From Candidatus Woesearchaeota archaeon (GTDB taxonomy: Archaea; Nanobdellota; Nanobdellia; Woesearchaeales; UBA10216): DNA of 51,699 nt. Where the stretch lies: assembly GCA_016188145.1 (NCBI GenBank), contig JACPIJ010000060.1:1-51699 (forward strand), written 5' to 3'. Position numbers and translations under genes: made by a program. This document shows, one piece after another, positions 1 through 9,773 of the stretch. Under the pieces are notes generated by a model. That model saw only the letters and a program-made list of their open reading frames with translations. It was not told where the DNA came from and ran no database searches. Each line of letters begins with the position of its first letter. Within the stretch, counting starts at the first letter, position 1.

Positions 1-1
1 C

Positions 2-145
2 CGCCCATATACCGGCGTAGTCCGTCAGCTTTTTCTTTTTCTTGAAGTGCTCTCTAATAACATCTGAGAAGCTTTCATCCGGCAGCTTATGCCTTACCAG
101 AAGTTCGTAAGAATCTTCCGTTATTGCAATGTTCTTTGTGGCCAT
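2..145 (-). CDS. VapB-family (DUF217-like) antitoxin, runs off the window edge
   Basis: Not in the ORF track. The minus strand reads MATKNIAITEDSYELLVRHKLPDESFSDVIREHF..., matching the TI.I.ee.Y..L...K...ESFSDVI pattern of archaeal VapB antitoxins. Confidence 0.8.
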   Translation of the reverse strand, partial: MATKNIAITEDSYELLVRHKLPDESFSDVIREHFKKKKKLTDYAGIWA

Positions 146-176
146 ATGGGTATGCGTATGTGTACCCATATTTAAG
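144..176 (-). promoter_or_regulatory. TATA box plus palindromic operator upstream of vapB
   Basis: Perfect 9-bp inverted repeat ATATGGGTA (144-152) / TACCCATAT (163-171) between a minus-strand TTAAATA box and the ATG. Confidence 0.65.
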
Positions 177-432
177 CTTTTCTGTTTTTTTGCTTCACTG
201 CAGCCTTGAACATCCTTGTTTCCCTCTTTATGTCTATCATGTCAAATATCTTTATTTTTGGGATGAGTGGCAGCAGCATGAGCACGAACAGCAGGGCTAT
301 TAGGTACCTTGCGAAGAAGTCTGACTGCAGGGGGTATAGGTTGAAGAGGTAAATGCCAAGTATCAGCAGCACGAGCAGTAGCAGCGAGAAATAAAGCGCT
401 ATTGCTACCCTGCTACCTCTTTTTTGTGCCAT
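172..432 (-). CDS. small membrane protein (2 TM)
   Basis: 86 aa with two hydrophobic stretches; directly downstream of the GT4 gene. Confidence 0.6.
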   Translation of the reverse strand: MAQKRGSRVAIALYFSLLLLVLLILGIYLFNLYPLQSDFFARYLIALLFVLMLLPLIPKIKIFDMIDIKRETRMFKAAVKQKNRKA

Positions 433-438
433 GGCTCA

Positions 439-1587
439 TTACCGGACTATGCTGTTTTTAAAGCTTTTTGCTGCGAGCTCCTTGTAGACGTCCAAGTATT
501 TCGCAATGTTCGCTTCAATCGTGAACTTCCTTAGTGGCGTTTTGTGGCACTTGCCCTTATGCATGCTGGTAACAGCATCCGCTATTTCCCTGCTGTTTTT
601 TGGCTCAACAAGGATGTGCTTCCCGCTCACAACTTCAGGCAGCGATGTGGTATCGCTTGCAACGATTGGCTTTCCCATTGCAGCGGCTTCTGCAGCAGTG
701 TATCCGAACCCTTCGCTTATTGATGGCACAATCACGCAGTCAGCAGCCATTATGTAATCAGGAAGTTCCGAGTGCGGCACAGGCTCAATGTTTATTATTC
801 TGCCGTCAAGTTGCAGTTTTTTTATCAGCTGCAGCAATTGCGAATATTTTTCTTGGTATTGCCTATCTCTGCTCAACATAAGCATCATTTTAGCATTTGG
901 GATTGAAGCAGAGATTTCCTTCATCGCTGTTATCGCATATTCAATTCCTTTGCTAGGCCCCGGTCTGCCATATACAAGTAACACGTAGTTCTGCTGCAGC
1001 GAATATTTTTTTCTGACTTTGTTGCCATTGTACTTTTGTGGGTTAAAGTGCCCGTAATCAACGCCGTTGTAAATCGTAACTGCGTTCTTCTTCCCTATTC
1101 CCAGAAGCTGCTGCCTTGTTGAGTTTGAGACAGCAACATACTTATCGACAGCAGGAAGCAAGTAGAGGAATCTTTCGACCATGTCGTGAATGAAAGCCTT
1201 GATTGGGTTAAAGTCCGTGTACTGCCACCATTTTCCAACCCAGACCTCGTGTATTGTTGCCACCAATGGTTTCCTGTTCAGCTTTGCCGCAGCCCATGCG
1301 GGAAAGAAGCCGTTGAACGTGGTGGTGTGCACAATATCGGCTTTTCCCGCAGCTGCAACTGCTGCCGGAATTGCCAAGAAAGTGAATAAATACCTGCTGC
1401 CGAAGCAGCTTACCCTCCTTACCTTAACGCCGTTTATTGTTTCCTCAGCCGCTGTTCCCCTTATGCGGTGCGTTATTATGGTTGCAGAGTGCCCTTTTTT
1501 GACAAGCCCTTCTGCAAGGTTTTTGAATACCATCTCTACCCCTCCGATGTGGGGGAGATAGTTTTCTATCACGAAGAGTATGTTCAT
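439..1587 (-). CDS. glycosyltransferase family 4
   Basis: N-terminal YLPHIGGVE motif and C-terminal EGFGYTAAEA (EX7E) motif of GT-B/GT4 enzymes. Confidence 0.92.
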   Translation of the reverse strand: MNILFVIENYLPHIGGVEMVFKNLAEGLVKKGHSATIITHRIRGTAAEETINGVKVRRVSCFGSRYLFTFLAIPAAVAAAGKADIVHTTTFNGFFPAWAAAKLNRKPLVATIHEVWVGKWWQYTDFNPIKAFIHDMVERFLYLLPAVDKYVAVSNSTRQQLLGIGKKNAVTIYNGVDYGHFNPQKYNGNKVRKKYSLQQNYVLLVYGRPGPSKGIEYAITAMKEISASIPNAKMMLMLSRDRQYQEKYSQLLQLIKKLQLDGRIINIEPVPHSELPDYIMAADCVIVPSISEGFGYTAAEAAAMGKPIVASDTTSLPEVVSGKHILVEPKNSREIADAVTSMHKGKCHKTPLRKFTIEANIAKYLDVYKELAAKSFKNSIVR

Positions 1588-1590
1588 ATT

Positions 1591-1624
1591 CGGTTTTTGA
1601 TCAACCTTTTTCTTAAAAAGGTTG
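1591..1624 (-). repeat. dispersed hairpin repeat, copy A (short form)
   Basis: Minus strand CAACCTTTTTAAGAAAAAGGTTG-ATCAAAAACCG, between the TATA box and the GT4 start codon. Confidence 0.8.
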
Positions 1625-1679
1625 TGCTGCAGATGCAGATATTTAAACGTGTTTGTTGTTTTTGGCTCATCTGTTATGC

Positions 1680-3518
1680 TCAGAACCCTATTTGCCTTTC
1701 AGCTCGTCCCAGAACATTTTTTCTCGCTATGTACGGGATTGTGTCAAGAAAATTTATTGGATGTACGAACCTAATCATTCCAGGCAGGCCGTAAGAGGCA
1801 AGTGTTTCTGTAGCTTCGTGCTTTGTTATTAAGTTAATTCCTGTTTCGCTTGTTGCCCGGTGTTTTCTTTCCATGAGATAGTCCTGCATTGTGTTGGTTA
1901 TTGTTTGAAATGCTGTGATTCCATGGGAGTGGGCTTCTTTGCCAAGGCGTATTTCTCCAGTTATGATCAGCTCGTGTACCACCAGAGCAAACATTACTGG
2001 CCGAGCGTCTATCCTGACTCCGTATGTCCTGTTTATTTCTTCCGCCAGCCTTTTGTATTCCTGTGAGTCTTTGCTTATCATTAGCAGCTGTACTATCGGC
2101 GGCAGGGCCTCCCCCATCCTGGTCAGTATTTCCAAGGATGCTCTTATCTGGCCCCCTGTGCCGTACCTTTTATCAAGCTCTTCTGACATTATTTTATCTG
2201 CAAGCTCTGAGGAGAACTCATTGCTTTGTGCAAATAGGCGCCTGTCGCCTCTTTCCGCATTTCCTGTCACTGTGGCAACTGAGTTGTGCTGGTTATAAGG
2301 CCGCGAAAGCGACTGCAGCCTGCTGAGAACATATTCTAGAACAAGAAAACCACTGTGTTGCGGCACCGCTTCCCTCAGCATCATCTTTTTGAAAAGGTTG
2401 TCATATATTGTTTCATACCTTTGCCTTGTTGATTCCAGGTACTCAGTGACAACTCCAGTGACTGCTTCGATTACGACTTCGCGCTCTCTCACCAAGTCAG
2501 TAACTGTTATTACCCTGCCTTTGAAGCCTTCAGGTATGGCTGTTACTAATCCTCTTGACAGTCTTGGGCTTGGCCTTCTTCCTGGGCCAACAACTGCGGG
2601 CTTGGTTTCGTCAGCAGCTTGTTCGGCGCTTGTTGTGCCCGTGCTGAGCACCATTGGGGAGGCAAACTTTTCTATTACCCTTCCGATGTATTCTCGTACG
2701 AGCCTGCTGATTTCTTCTGGGTAGTGTATCTGCACTGGCCTTCTGCGCTTATGCCCAGTTTCCTGAGCGGCTCTTTCCTTCGCGACAGCCGCATCTGCCA
2801 CGGTTTCAGCCTTTGCTGTCATTCCGCTCAGCATGTAGCCCACTATCTTTCCCACAAGGTCCCTGTAGAGCCAGTATGCTGCTCTTGGGTCTTTCGGGTA
2901 GGCCTTTTCGTCAAAGCTGCCTGTGCTTTGCTCCCATTTCAGAAATTCGGGGTTAATTGCTGCGAGTTGTTCAAGGGCTGAGTTTTCAAAGGCTTCTGCC
3001 TCGTAGTCGAACTCTTTCGGCGCTACCGTGGGTCCTGTTATCCACTTATAGATTGTTTGTTGCGTTCTTGCTTTTACACGGCTGTGGACAACCGCTGCCA
3101 TCTGTCTCAGCTCTTTACTGCTGAACCCTTGCCCTTCGCTTGCCAGCTTGTCTTCTAAGCCTTCTCTGCCCATGCCAAGGCAGGGCAGTTGCAATCCGTC
3201 TTTAGCATTGAGCTTCCACAGCCCTGTTATTATCAGGTAGCTCAGCATCGTTTGCCTGCGCCCGTAGTCTTTGAAGAGAAACCGCAGCGCTGCCTGCATC
3301 CTTTCTTCCTTTTCAATTGAAGCGAAGGCTTCTTTGTAGGTTATGCCTTGGATTGCTTGCCTGTGCACAAGGGGATGGTGGCCCTGCCTCACGTCGCTGC
3401 CCACGACTTTTAGGTAAACTCCCTCCCCCTTAAGGTCGCCTATGTCCAGAAAGGCCGGCTTGTCTCCCTCGGTCAGGAAGGTTCTTCCAGCAACCTCTAT
3501 CATGGTGTCCAGCGGCAT
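1680..3518 (-). CDS. hypothetical protein (612 aa)
   Basis: Long uninterrupted ORF with an upstream TATA-like box; no family recognised. Confidence 0.7.
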   Translation of the reverse strand: MPLDTMIEVAGRTFLTEGDKPAFLDIGDLKGEGVYLKVVGSDVRQGHHPLVHRQAIQGITYKEAFASIEKEERMQAALRFLFKDYGRRQTMLSYLIITGLWKLNAKDGLQLPCLGMGREGLEDKLASEGQGFSSKELRQMAAVVHSRVKARTQQTIYKWITGPTVAPKEFDYEAEAFENSALEQLAAINPEFLKWEQSTGSFDEKAYPKDPRAAYWLYRDLVGKIVGYMLSGMTAKAETVADAAVAKERAAQETGHKRRRPVQIHYPEEISRLVREYIGRVIEKFASPMVLSTGTTSAEQAADETKPAVVGPGRRPSPRLSRGLVTAIPEGFKGRVITVTDLVREREVVIEAVTGVVTEYLESTRQRYETIYDNLFKKMMLREAVPQHSGFLVLEYVLSRLQSLSRPYNQHNSVATVTGNAERGDRRLFAQSNEFSSELADKIMSEELDKRYGTGGQIRASLEILTRMGEALPPIVQLLMISKDSQEYKRLAEEINRTYGVRIDARPVMFALVVHELIITGEIRLGKEAHSHGITAFQTITNTMQDYLMERKHRATSETGINLITKHEATETLASYGLPGMIRFVHPINFLDTIPYIARKNVLGRAERQIGF

Positions 3519-3713
3519 CGTGATTTGGTTAAAAGAAATGGTATTTAATGCTTTTTCACAGTAGGCATTGTTACGCTACGGGTGTAAGCTTTATCCCTTC
3601 TTTAGCATTCCTCAATCTCCTGTATTCTCCAGCCAGGGCTTTTAGTTATCTGCCCCAATAGTTGGCTAAAAATCGGACTTATGAGGTAAAGCGGGTTGCG
3701 ATGAGCTATTGCT

Positions 3714-4463
3714 TCAGAAGAACATTGGCAATAAGTATGCCAGTCCCAGTCCGACAGCTATCGCGCCGATGCTGAATGAGATTATCCAAAACCACGTCGT
3801 TCCGCCTTTTCGCAGGAAAATCCAGACCGGAATTAAGCTCAAAAATTGGACAAGGAAGTCGTTCCAGAAGTAAAAGCTCGTTACCATTCCTTGAAATCCG
3901 TAGCCGAAGTGCCCGAAAGCCCCTCCGGTGTAGTATCCAAACGCTGCAGGAATGACAGTATAGCCGATTATTGGCCCGCACACCTCAATCAGCCTCGCCC
4001 ACAGCGCAATCCTGATTCCGGCCGCCTTCTGGTCAAACGTCAGAAGGAAGAGGGTGCCTAAGCCGATGCCGTAGAACATGGTGTCGTACAGGCCGCCCCT
4101 GAACCCTGTCCTTGCCCCGCCGAAAACGACTGCCAGAAGTCCGTTGGCAATAAGCACCAGGGAAATCAGGGCGAGAAATTTGCTCCTGTTCCACTTCAGC
4201 CTTATTCTTGGCTTCAGGAATTCCACGAACAGGCCAAGCGCAATCAGGTAATAGGCCAGCTGGAACGTCAGGCTGAGGAAAATCCCCCTCGTTGCAGGGC
4301 TCATTCCCTTGATGTAATCCGGCAGTTCATGCGCTCTTGCTTCAGAAAGGTTGACAAAGCCTATGGTGCTGGCAACTATCCATGATATAATTGCTGCTAT
4401 GAAAAGCAGGAGAAAGCCCTTTACGATTAGCTTTTCTTTATCCACAGCTCTAGCCGTTGCCAT
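3714..4463 (-). CDS. multi-pass membrane protein
   Basis: 249 aa with several hydrophobic helices; overlaps the end of the upstream gene. Confidence 0.7.
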   Translation of the reverse strand: MATARAVDKEKLIVKGFLLLFIAAIISWIVASTIGFVNLSEARAHELPDYIKGMSPATRGIFLSLTFQLAYYLIALGLFVEFLKPRIRLKWNRSKFLALISLVLIANGLLAVVFGGARTGFRGGLYDTMFYGIGLGTLFLLTFDQKAAGIRIALWARLIEVCGPIIGYTVIPAAFGYYTGGAFGHFGYGFQGMVTSFYFWNDFLVQFLSLIPVWIFLRKGGTTWFWIISFSIGAIAVGLGLAYLLPMFF

Positions 4464-5214
4464 TTTTCAAGAACTCAACTTCCTTCTTTCTCTGCTCTAT
4501 GTCTACCGGCGTTTCAAGGCACACAGGCTTGTTCGCCTTCTTCACGGTTTCTTTCACGAAGTCAGGGTCTATGGCGCCTTCAAATATGCTCTGGTGGTGC
4601 CCCTTTGAATAAACTCTTGTGTTAAGTCTCACGCCGCTCAACTGGAAATATTCAGGCTTCAGTCTCATCAGCCCGGCAACAAACCTCTTATAGTCAATCC
4701 CAAGCTGATGGGCTGCGATCGCGGCATGTTCGAAGTCAAGACAAAACCCCGCACCCGTTATTTCAAGCAGTTCTCTTAGGTGCTCATAGTCATAGCAGAT
4801 GTAGTATTTTCCCTTCTCTATATCGAAGGCAGCCTTCGGATAGCTGTTCTCTATCAGCAGTCTGCCGTAGCTTACGGTTTTTGCGAGCTTTGCCACGGCT
4901 TTGGCGGCTTTCCTGACGAATTCTTCATCTGGTTCCTCTTCAACTAGCCCTGTATGCATTATTATCAGTCCTGCCTTGAGCTTTTTTGCAGCACCTACTG
5001 CCTGGTCCAGCAGCTTTCGGCTCTTCCTCATGTTGTGAATCGGGCTGAATCCGAAGAGTTCGTGAGGCACATGGATGGTGTATTTGCGCTTTCTTCTTGC
5101 GAGCTTGTCAAGGCTCCTTTCGCTTCTTGGCAGGACCTCTATGAAGTCGGCAAATTCCGATTTATCAACGTACTTTACAGGGTTGCTGCTCCAGAGTTTT
5201 ATTCCTACTTCCAT
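4450..5214 (-). CDS. TIM-barrel protein, AP endonuclease 2 / sugar phosphate isomerase-epimerase family
   Basis: Motifs IHVPH, IMHTG, LIENS, CLDFEHA and CLETP. Confidence 0.75.
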   Translation of the reverse strand: MEVGIKLWSSNPVKYVDKSEFADFIEVLPRSERSLDKLARRKRKYTIHVPHELFGFSPIHNMRKSRKLLDQAVGAAKKLKAGLIIMHTGLVEEEPDEEFVRKAAKAVAKLAKTVSYGRLLIENSYPKAAFDIEKGKYYICYDYEHLRELLEITGAGFCLDFEHAAIAAHQLGIDYKRFVAGLMRLKPEYFQLSGVRLNTRVYSKGHHQSIFEGAIDPDFVKETVKKANKPVCLETPVDIEQRKKEVEFLKNGNG

Positions 5215-5325
5215 TCATTCACCTTTTTTTAACAATGCAAATAGTCATTTGCCGCAGCTGTTGTAATAGCAAATCTCGGTAATTTTTGAACTTTTGCGAG
5301 ATTTGCTATAATGCCAAGACTATTT

Positions 5326-5760
5326 TCACTTCTTCCGCTGCGTTTTCTGATTGACCTCTCCACGTCGTCTTTGGACGACGGGACCAGTCGTGCTTGCACG
5401 ACTTGGTTTCTTAAAGAGGTCATGCTGTGGTTCCTGCGCCCTTTCGAGTGCGAGCTGCCTAACGAGCTCTTCAAGGCCTTTCTGCGTTTTCCTGACAACG
5501 CGGTAGGAATAGAACGTAGCCGCTATGAGGAACATGAAGCCCAGTATTATGAAAAGGTCCAGCTTTCTTTCAAGCCTTAATGCAGCTGTTATTGGGTTGA
5601 TGACGTCGGGGAAAAGCGAGATTGCGCTGAATGACAGTGCAAACAGGCTCCAGAATGCCCACTCGTTTATTGTGAATTCCTTTTTCTTCCACTGGAGGAA
5701 GCTCATGTAGAGCATGAATGCGCCGAATACTATTCCGAAGACCTGTACGCCAAGCACCAT
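5326..5760 (-). CDS. DUF2304 family membrane protein, C-terminus extended through a repeat
   Basis: Three TM segments, FPD and LEELVRQLAL motifs, downstream of a GT2 gene. The last ~30 codons are encoded by the repeat at 5341-5422. Confidence 0.8.
   Translation of the reverse strand: MVLGVQVFGIVFGAFMLYMSFLQWKKKEFTINEWAFWSLFALSFSAISLFPDVINPITAALRLERKLDLFIILGFMFLIAATFYSYRVVRKTQKGLEELVRQLALERAQEPQHDLFKKPSRASTTGPVVQRRRGEVNQKTQRKK
5341..5422 (-). repeat. dispersed hairpin repeat, copy B (long form with 47-bp twin-hairpin insert)
   Basis: Minus strand TGACCTCT-TTAAGAAA-CCA-AGTCGTGC(AA)GCACGACT-GGTCC-CGTCGTC(CAAA)GACGACG-TGG-AGAGGTCA-ATCAGAAAACG; near-copy of 9774-9854. Confidence 0.88.
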
Positions 5761-5804
5761 GCATTATCGCCTTTTTCCTTCCCGTTTATATGTTTTTCTG
5801 TGGC

Positions 5805-6494
5805 TTACCTGGCTATTTTCCACCACAGCATCTTCAGCACGATGTTTACCCCGTCAAAGACTGTCGTGCCCTTGTACCTGTCTGCGTATATGGTTTTTAT
5901 TGGGAGCTGCGCGAATTTGAGCCTGTATTTTCCTGTTTTTGCAACTATCTCTGATTCTATGCTGTAGTCGTTCGACATGAGGCTCAGCTTTTCGTAAGCT
6001 GACCTGGTCAGGGCTTTGTAGCCGCACTGGGTGTCTTTCACGTTTATGTGGAATAGCAGCCTAATGACGGCGTCTATGAACCAGTTGCCAACCTTCTTCA
6101 CGATTGGCATGTTCTGGCTTCTCCTGTCCCGGTAGGTAAACACGATGTCGTTGCCTTTCAGCGCCTCAATCAGCCTTGGCAGGTCTTCCGGGTCGTGCTG
6201 CCCGTCGCTGTCCATGAAAACCAGCGCCTCGCAGCTTTTTCCGTAAGCATAGGTGCAGCCAGTCCTTAGGGCTGCTCCTTTCCCGAGGTTGATAATGTGC
6301 CTCAAAACAATCACGTCGTGCTTTTCTGCTACAGCTGCCGTGCCGTCCCTTGAGCCGTCGTCCACCGCGACTATTCTTTTGTTCGCAGCGAATTTCTTTG
6401 CTGCTTCAAGCACGTTGCCCAGGTTTCTTCCCTCGTTATGGGCGGGTATTATTACGTAGAAATCCATTTTTGAGTTCGTTTTTGCAGTTGCCAT
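5805..6494 (-). CDS. glycosyltransferase family 2 (DPM1/AglD-like)
   Basis: Motifs IIPAHNE, VDDGSRD, NLGKG, DSDGQH and DTQCG. Start placed at ATG 6494 to avoid overlapping AglB. Confidence 0.92.
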   Translation of the reverse strand: MATAKTNSKMDFYVIIPAHNEGRNLGNVLEAAKKFAANKRIVAVDDGSRDGTAAVAEKHDVIVLRHIINLGKGAALRTGCTYAYGKSCEALVFMDSDGQHDPEDLPRLIEALKGNDIVFTYRDRRSQNMPIVKKVGNWFIDAVIRLLFHINVKDTQCGYKALTRSAYEKLSLMSNDYSIESEIVAKTGKYRLKFAQLPIKTIYADRYKGTTVFDGVNIVLKMLWWKIAR

Positions 6495-6532
6495 TTTGAC
6501 AATTTGCATTTTGCCGATCTTGCAGGATATGT

Positions 6533-9500
6533 TTACTCGAGCGTATCCCACTGTGCCTTGTATACGTACACGTTTGTTCCTGTCAGGCCGCGGTTGTGCG
6601 TGAGCAGCTTGAAGTGCTTGAGGCCCTTTCCTTCCATGAAAAACATCCTGGTGAACATCCCCGCTGCCTGCTCAGGGCTTGCCACGGCGGCATAATAACT
6701 GCTGTAGCTGTTACTGCTTCCAAGCCATTCTCCCTGGGGCACAAGTATCACTGAGAGCTGTTGCGGGACTGTGTCGTTTGCGTACGCCCTTTCCGCAAAT
6801 TCTTCCGTTCCTGTTTCGTTTGTCATGTATACAAATGAGATAGGATGCAAAACCTTTCCCTCTTGCGCGGGGAAATAGGCGTCGTTTGTGGTGAGGTTGA
6901 CTGTTAAGCCGTTGCCGCAACTCACAAGCTTGTCCTGCTCGTTTTCATTGCTGGCAAGTATTGCGCACCCGCTTACGTCTCCGGAGAAGCTTGGCCAGGG
7001 CGCTATCCAGCTATTCGCCTCGCGGTCATCCTTTATTCTTGCAATCTCATTGTATGTCGCCTTCGCCTTCTCTTCAGAATAGTTGAACATCTCCTTCATC
7101 GCAGTTACAGCTTCTTTTTGGCTTTTGCCTTTCAGGGTTTGCCATGCTATGCCTTTTTCGAAGTCCCAGCTTCCAAAATGCCCCCACACTCCGGATTTGC
7201 CTATCATGTCTTCTGACGCTATTACGTAGGCCTCCGGAGGTGTGCAGTGCGTGTACTTCAGCACGTTTTCTGCCTGACCTTGTGTCAGGTTGTAATCCAG
7301 AACCAGCAGTGTTTTTGCATCCTGCTTTAACGGAGTTGCCGTCAGCCTGTAAAGTATTTTTATAGTGGCGGCAAAGTCATTTTTTGCCTTATTCAGTTCG
7401 TCGAAGGCTATGGTGCTGCCGCAGTCAAGCATCCTCAGTATGCCTGCCGCTTCTGTCTCGTTTTTTGTCATGAAAAACTTCCCAACCCAGTGAGCAGGAG
7501 GATATTGCTGGGTTGTGCCGTCAAACGTAACCCTCCTGTCGGTTATGGACTTGAAGTGGTGCCCGAAGTCCCACCACGAGGTAATTATTGCATCAGGTTT
7601 GGAATCGTCCTGTATTGCAGTGAGTGAGCCGTACCACGCGTCATTAATTATTGGCACATCATTGTTGGCTATGGAGTAGGCTTTCTTTGTAACATCTGTT
7701 GAATAGGTTACTGTTGCCAGCATTACGAATACTGCTGTCGCAGCCGCAAACTTATTCAGCTTTAGGAAATTTTCGTTTATCCACATTAATAGCCTGAAGA
7801 TAAGCCCGAGCGTTGCGCCGAATCCAAGCCCCGCCATGGGAGCCAGCAGCAGCACGAATCTTATGCCTTTGGTGCTTGCGTAGATTGTGCCTGCAAACCA
7901 CACCACCACTAACGTTGCAAAGAATACCGAGTACAGCGCTTTTTCTTCTTTCGGCACTATCGCCTTTAGCTTGTTCTTGAGAAAGCCAAAGTTTGTTATT
8001 GCAACAGCGGTAAGCATTGCAGCGCTCAAAAATGAAAGCCAGAAGATGTTCGGCGTTATGCTGTTGACTACTTGGTCAAAGTTTCCTTCGTTAAGCTCGG
8101 CTACTGTCGTGAGCACGTTGGGCCAAAACGATGCGCCAACGACCGGACTTTTCAGCGTCTGCACGCCAAGTGCGAGCAGGGGCGTTTCCAGGAACTTGTT
8201 AAATCCCGTGAAGAGTGTTATGAGTGCTGCCGTCGAAAAGAAAAAGACCGCCGTCGGCATTATGAAACGCTTCCCAACGTTTCCTGCCAATATAAGCCTT
8301 AGCGTCTTGCCTAAACTCAGCTTGGTGCCTTCAACAAGCTGCGTGAATACGCTAACGGCAGCACCTGCCAGTATTGCTGCTGCCGCGGCACTGAGGATGA
8401 ATAGGAAAATAAACCACCACCCTCCCCAAGCCATGCTGTAAAGCGCTACTGAAAAACCGGCAAACAAGGCAAGCATAGTTCTCCATATAGCCCTATGCTC
8501 GTGGATTGCCTGCACGAACAGCCAGACTGAAAGCACGGCAAAAAAGATTACCACCTGGTCGTTATCGCCATGGATGGTCCTGTTGACGTAAGCCGCGTGC
8601 AGCGCAGCCATCAGGGCTCCAAAGAATCCTCCTACGGTGCCGGCAATTTTCCTTCCTATCAGGAATATTAGCAGCGCTGTTAGGCTTGTAAAAAGTACAG
8701 AGTATATCATGGTCTGGACTTCCCAAAGCGTTACGGAGTGGTTGAAGAACCTTACAAACTTGTAAAGGTATGCGATAAAATATGGAAAGAAGTAGTCCTG
8801 GGGTGAAATCTCTCTCCCAAGCGGCGCAACCTGATGGTTGTCCCATTCCAGTCCGTTCCTTATTTCATCCCCAATGTGGCCTTTTTCAACTATGTTCAGG
8901 GCATACCTGTTCCAGTAGTAAGGGTCAATGTCCGGCGAGTAGGGTCTGCCTTCCTCATCCCTGTAGAAATCCTTTATGAACTCTGAAGTGCTTTTTATCT
9001 GGCTGCTGACGTCAATCTGCTGCCCTGCATACTGACCTGTTTTGAAAATGTATGTTTTGCTGCTCCTTGCCTTGTTCATCTCATCAGCCAAAATCTGGCT
9101 TTTTCTCTTGTCAGGAAGGTTTGGGTACTGTGCGTTTATTGCGCCCTGTATGTCATTTTGCATGGTATTGTAAACAGAGTTGCTCGCCCAGTCCTCAGCG
9201 AAACGCAGCTGCGACGGCTGCGTCCTGACATCGGCAGTTAAGCCAATAACTATCAGAATTCCTAAAATTGGTAGTATGACAGAGCCCTTTTTTCTTAAAA
9301 ATTCGGCAATGGAATTGAAGTCCAGTGAGACCTCGTCCCCTTCAGTCACACCATGCGGTTTTTCTCCTTTTTCCTTTTCTTTTCCTTCCCTCTTGACTCT
9401 GAAAAGTCCCTTAATGCCGGAAGCCAGCCTCCCAATATCTATTTCAGCTTCTTCCCCTTCCTTTTTTCCTTCTGCTTCTGCGCTGCGGCTGCCGTGGTGC

Positions 9501-9697
9501 TCTGTTCTGTGTTCACTCTTTGCGGCTGCAGGTGATTCGCTTGCTTTTTTTTTAAAGAACGAGAGAACCTTGCCGAAGTTAAAGTTTATCTCAATGTCTT
9601 TCTCGTCTTTTTCTTCCGGGTGGGCGTCCCTTACTACCTCTTTGCCTTCCCCGAAGCCCTTTTCTTTTGCGTGCTCGTCTTTCCTGTCTTCAGCCAT
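6533..9697 (-). CDS. aglB: archaeal oligosaccharyltransferase AglB (STT3 family)
   Basis: DIDPYY motif, multi-TM core, TVAE motif, SWWDFGH catalytic motif and DMIGK motif. Confidence 0.95.
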   Translation of the reverse strand: MAEDRKDEHAKEKGFGEGKEVVRDAHPEEKDEKDIEINFNFGKVLSFFKKKASESPAAAKSEHRTEHHGSRSAEAEGKKEGEEAEIDIGRLASGIKGLFRVKREGKEKEKGEKPHGVTEGDEVSLDFNSIAEFLRKKGSVILPILGILIVIGLTADVRTQPSQLRFAEDWASNSVYNTMQNDIQGAINAQYPNLPDKRKSQILADEMNKARSSKTYIFKTGQYAGQQIDVSSQIKSTSEFIKDFYRDEEGRPYSPDIDPYYWNRYALNIVEKGHIGDEIRNGLEWDNHQVAPLGREISPQDYFFPYFIAYLYKFVRFFNHSVTLWEVQTMIYSVLFTSLTALLIFLIGRKIAGTVGGFFGALMAALHAAYVNRTIHGDNDQVVIFFAVLSVWLFVQAIHEHRAIWRTMLALFAGFSVALYSMAWGGWWFIFLFILSAAAAAILAGAAVSVFTQLVEGTKLSLGKTLRLILAGNVGKRFIMPTAVFFFSTAALITLFTGFNKFLETPLLALGVQTLKSPVVGASFWPNVLTTVAELNEGNFDQVVNSITPNIFWLSFLSAAMLTAVAITNFGFLKNKLKAIVPKEEKALYSVFFATLVVVWFAGTIYASTKGIRFVLLLAPMAGLGFGATLGLIFRLLMWINENFLKLNKFAAATAVFVMLATVTYSTDVTKKAYSIANNDVPIINDAWYGSLTAIQDDSKPDAIITSWWDFGHHFKSITDRRVTFDGTTQQYPPAHWVGKFFMTKNETEAAGILRMLDCGSTIAFDELNKAKNDFAATIKILYRLTATPLKQDAKTLLVLDYNLTQGQAENVLKYTHCTPPEAYVIASEDMIGKSGVWGHFGSWDFEKGIAWQTLKGKSQKEAVTAMKEMFNYSEEKAKATYNEIARIKDDREANSWIAPWPSFSGDVSGCAILASNENEQDKLVSCGNGLTVNLTTNDAYFPAQEGKVLHPISFVYMTNETGTEEFAERAYANDTVPQQLSVILVPQGEWLGSSNSYSSYYAAVASPEQAAGMFTRMFFMEGKGLKHFKLLTHNRGLTGTNVYVYKAQWDTLE

Positions 9698-9773
9698 GAA
9701 TCTGCCCCGTCAAACCCGGTGATGCAAGCTACTGCGGCAACTCAGGGCGTATTTAAATGTGTTGCGGATTTTT

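Noticed and set aside
5326..5440. Repeat copy B as a BHB mRNA intron
   Set aside because: I could not find a 4-bp helix with two 3-nt bulges at its boundaries.
5229..5580. Alternative ORFs here and at 9620-9871 sharing peptides such as FLIDLSTSS.DDGT.RACTTWF
   Set aside because: The similarity comes from the DNA repeat (copies B and C), not from a protein family.
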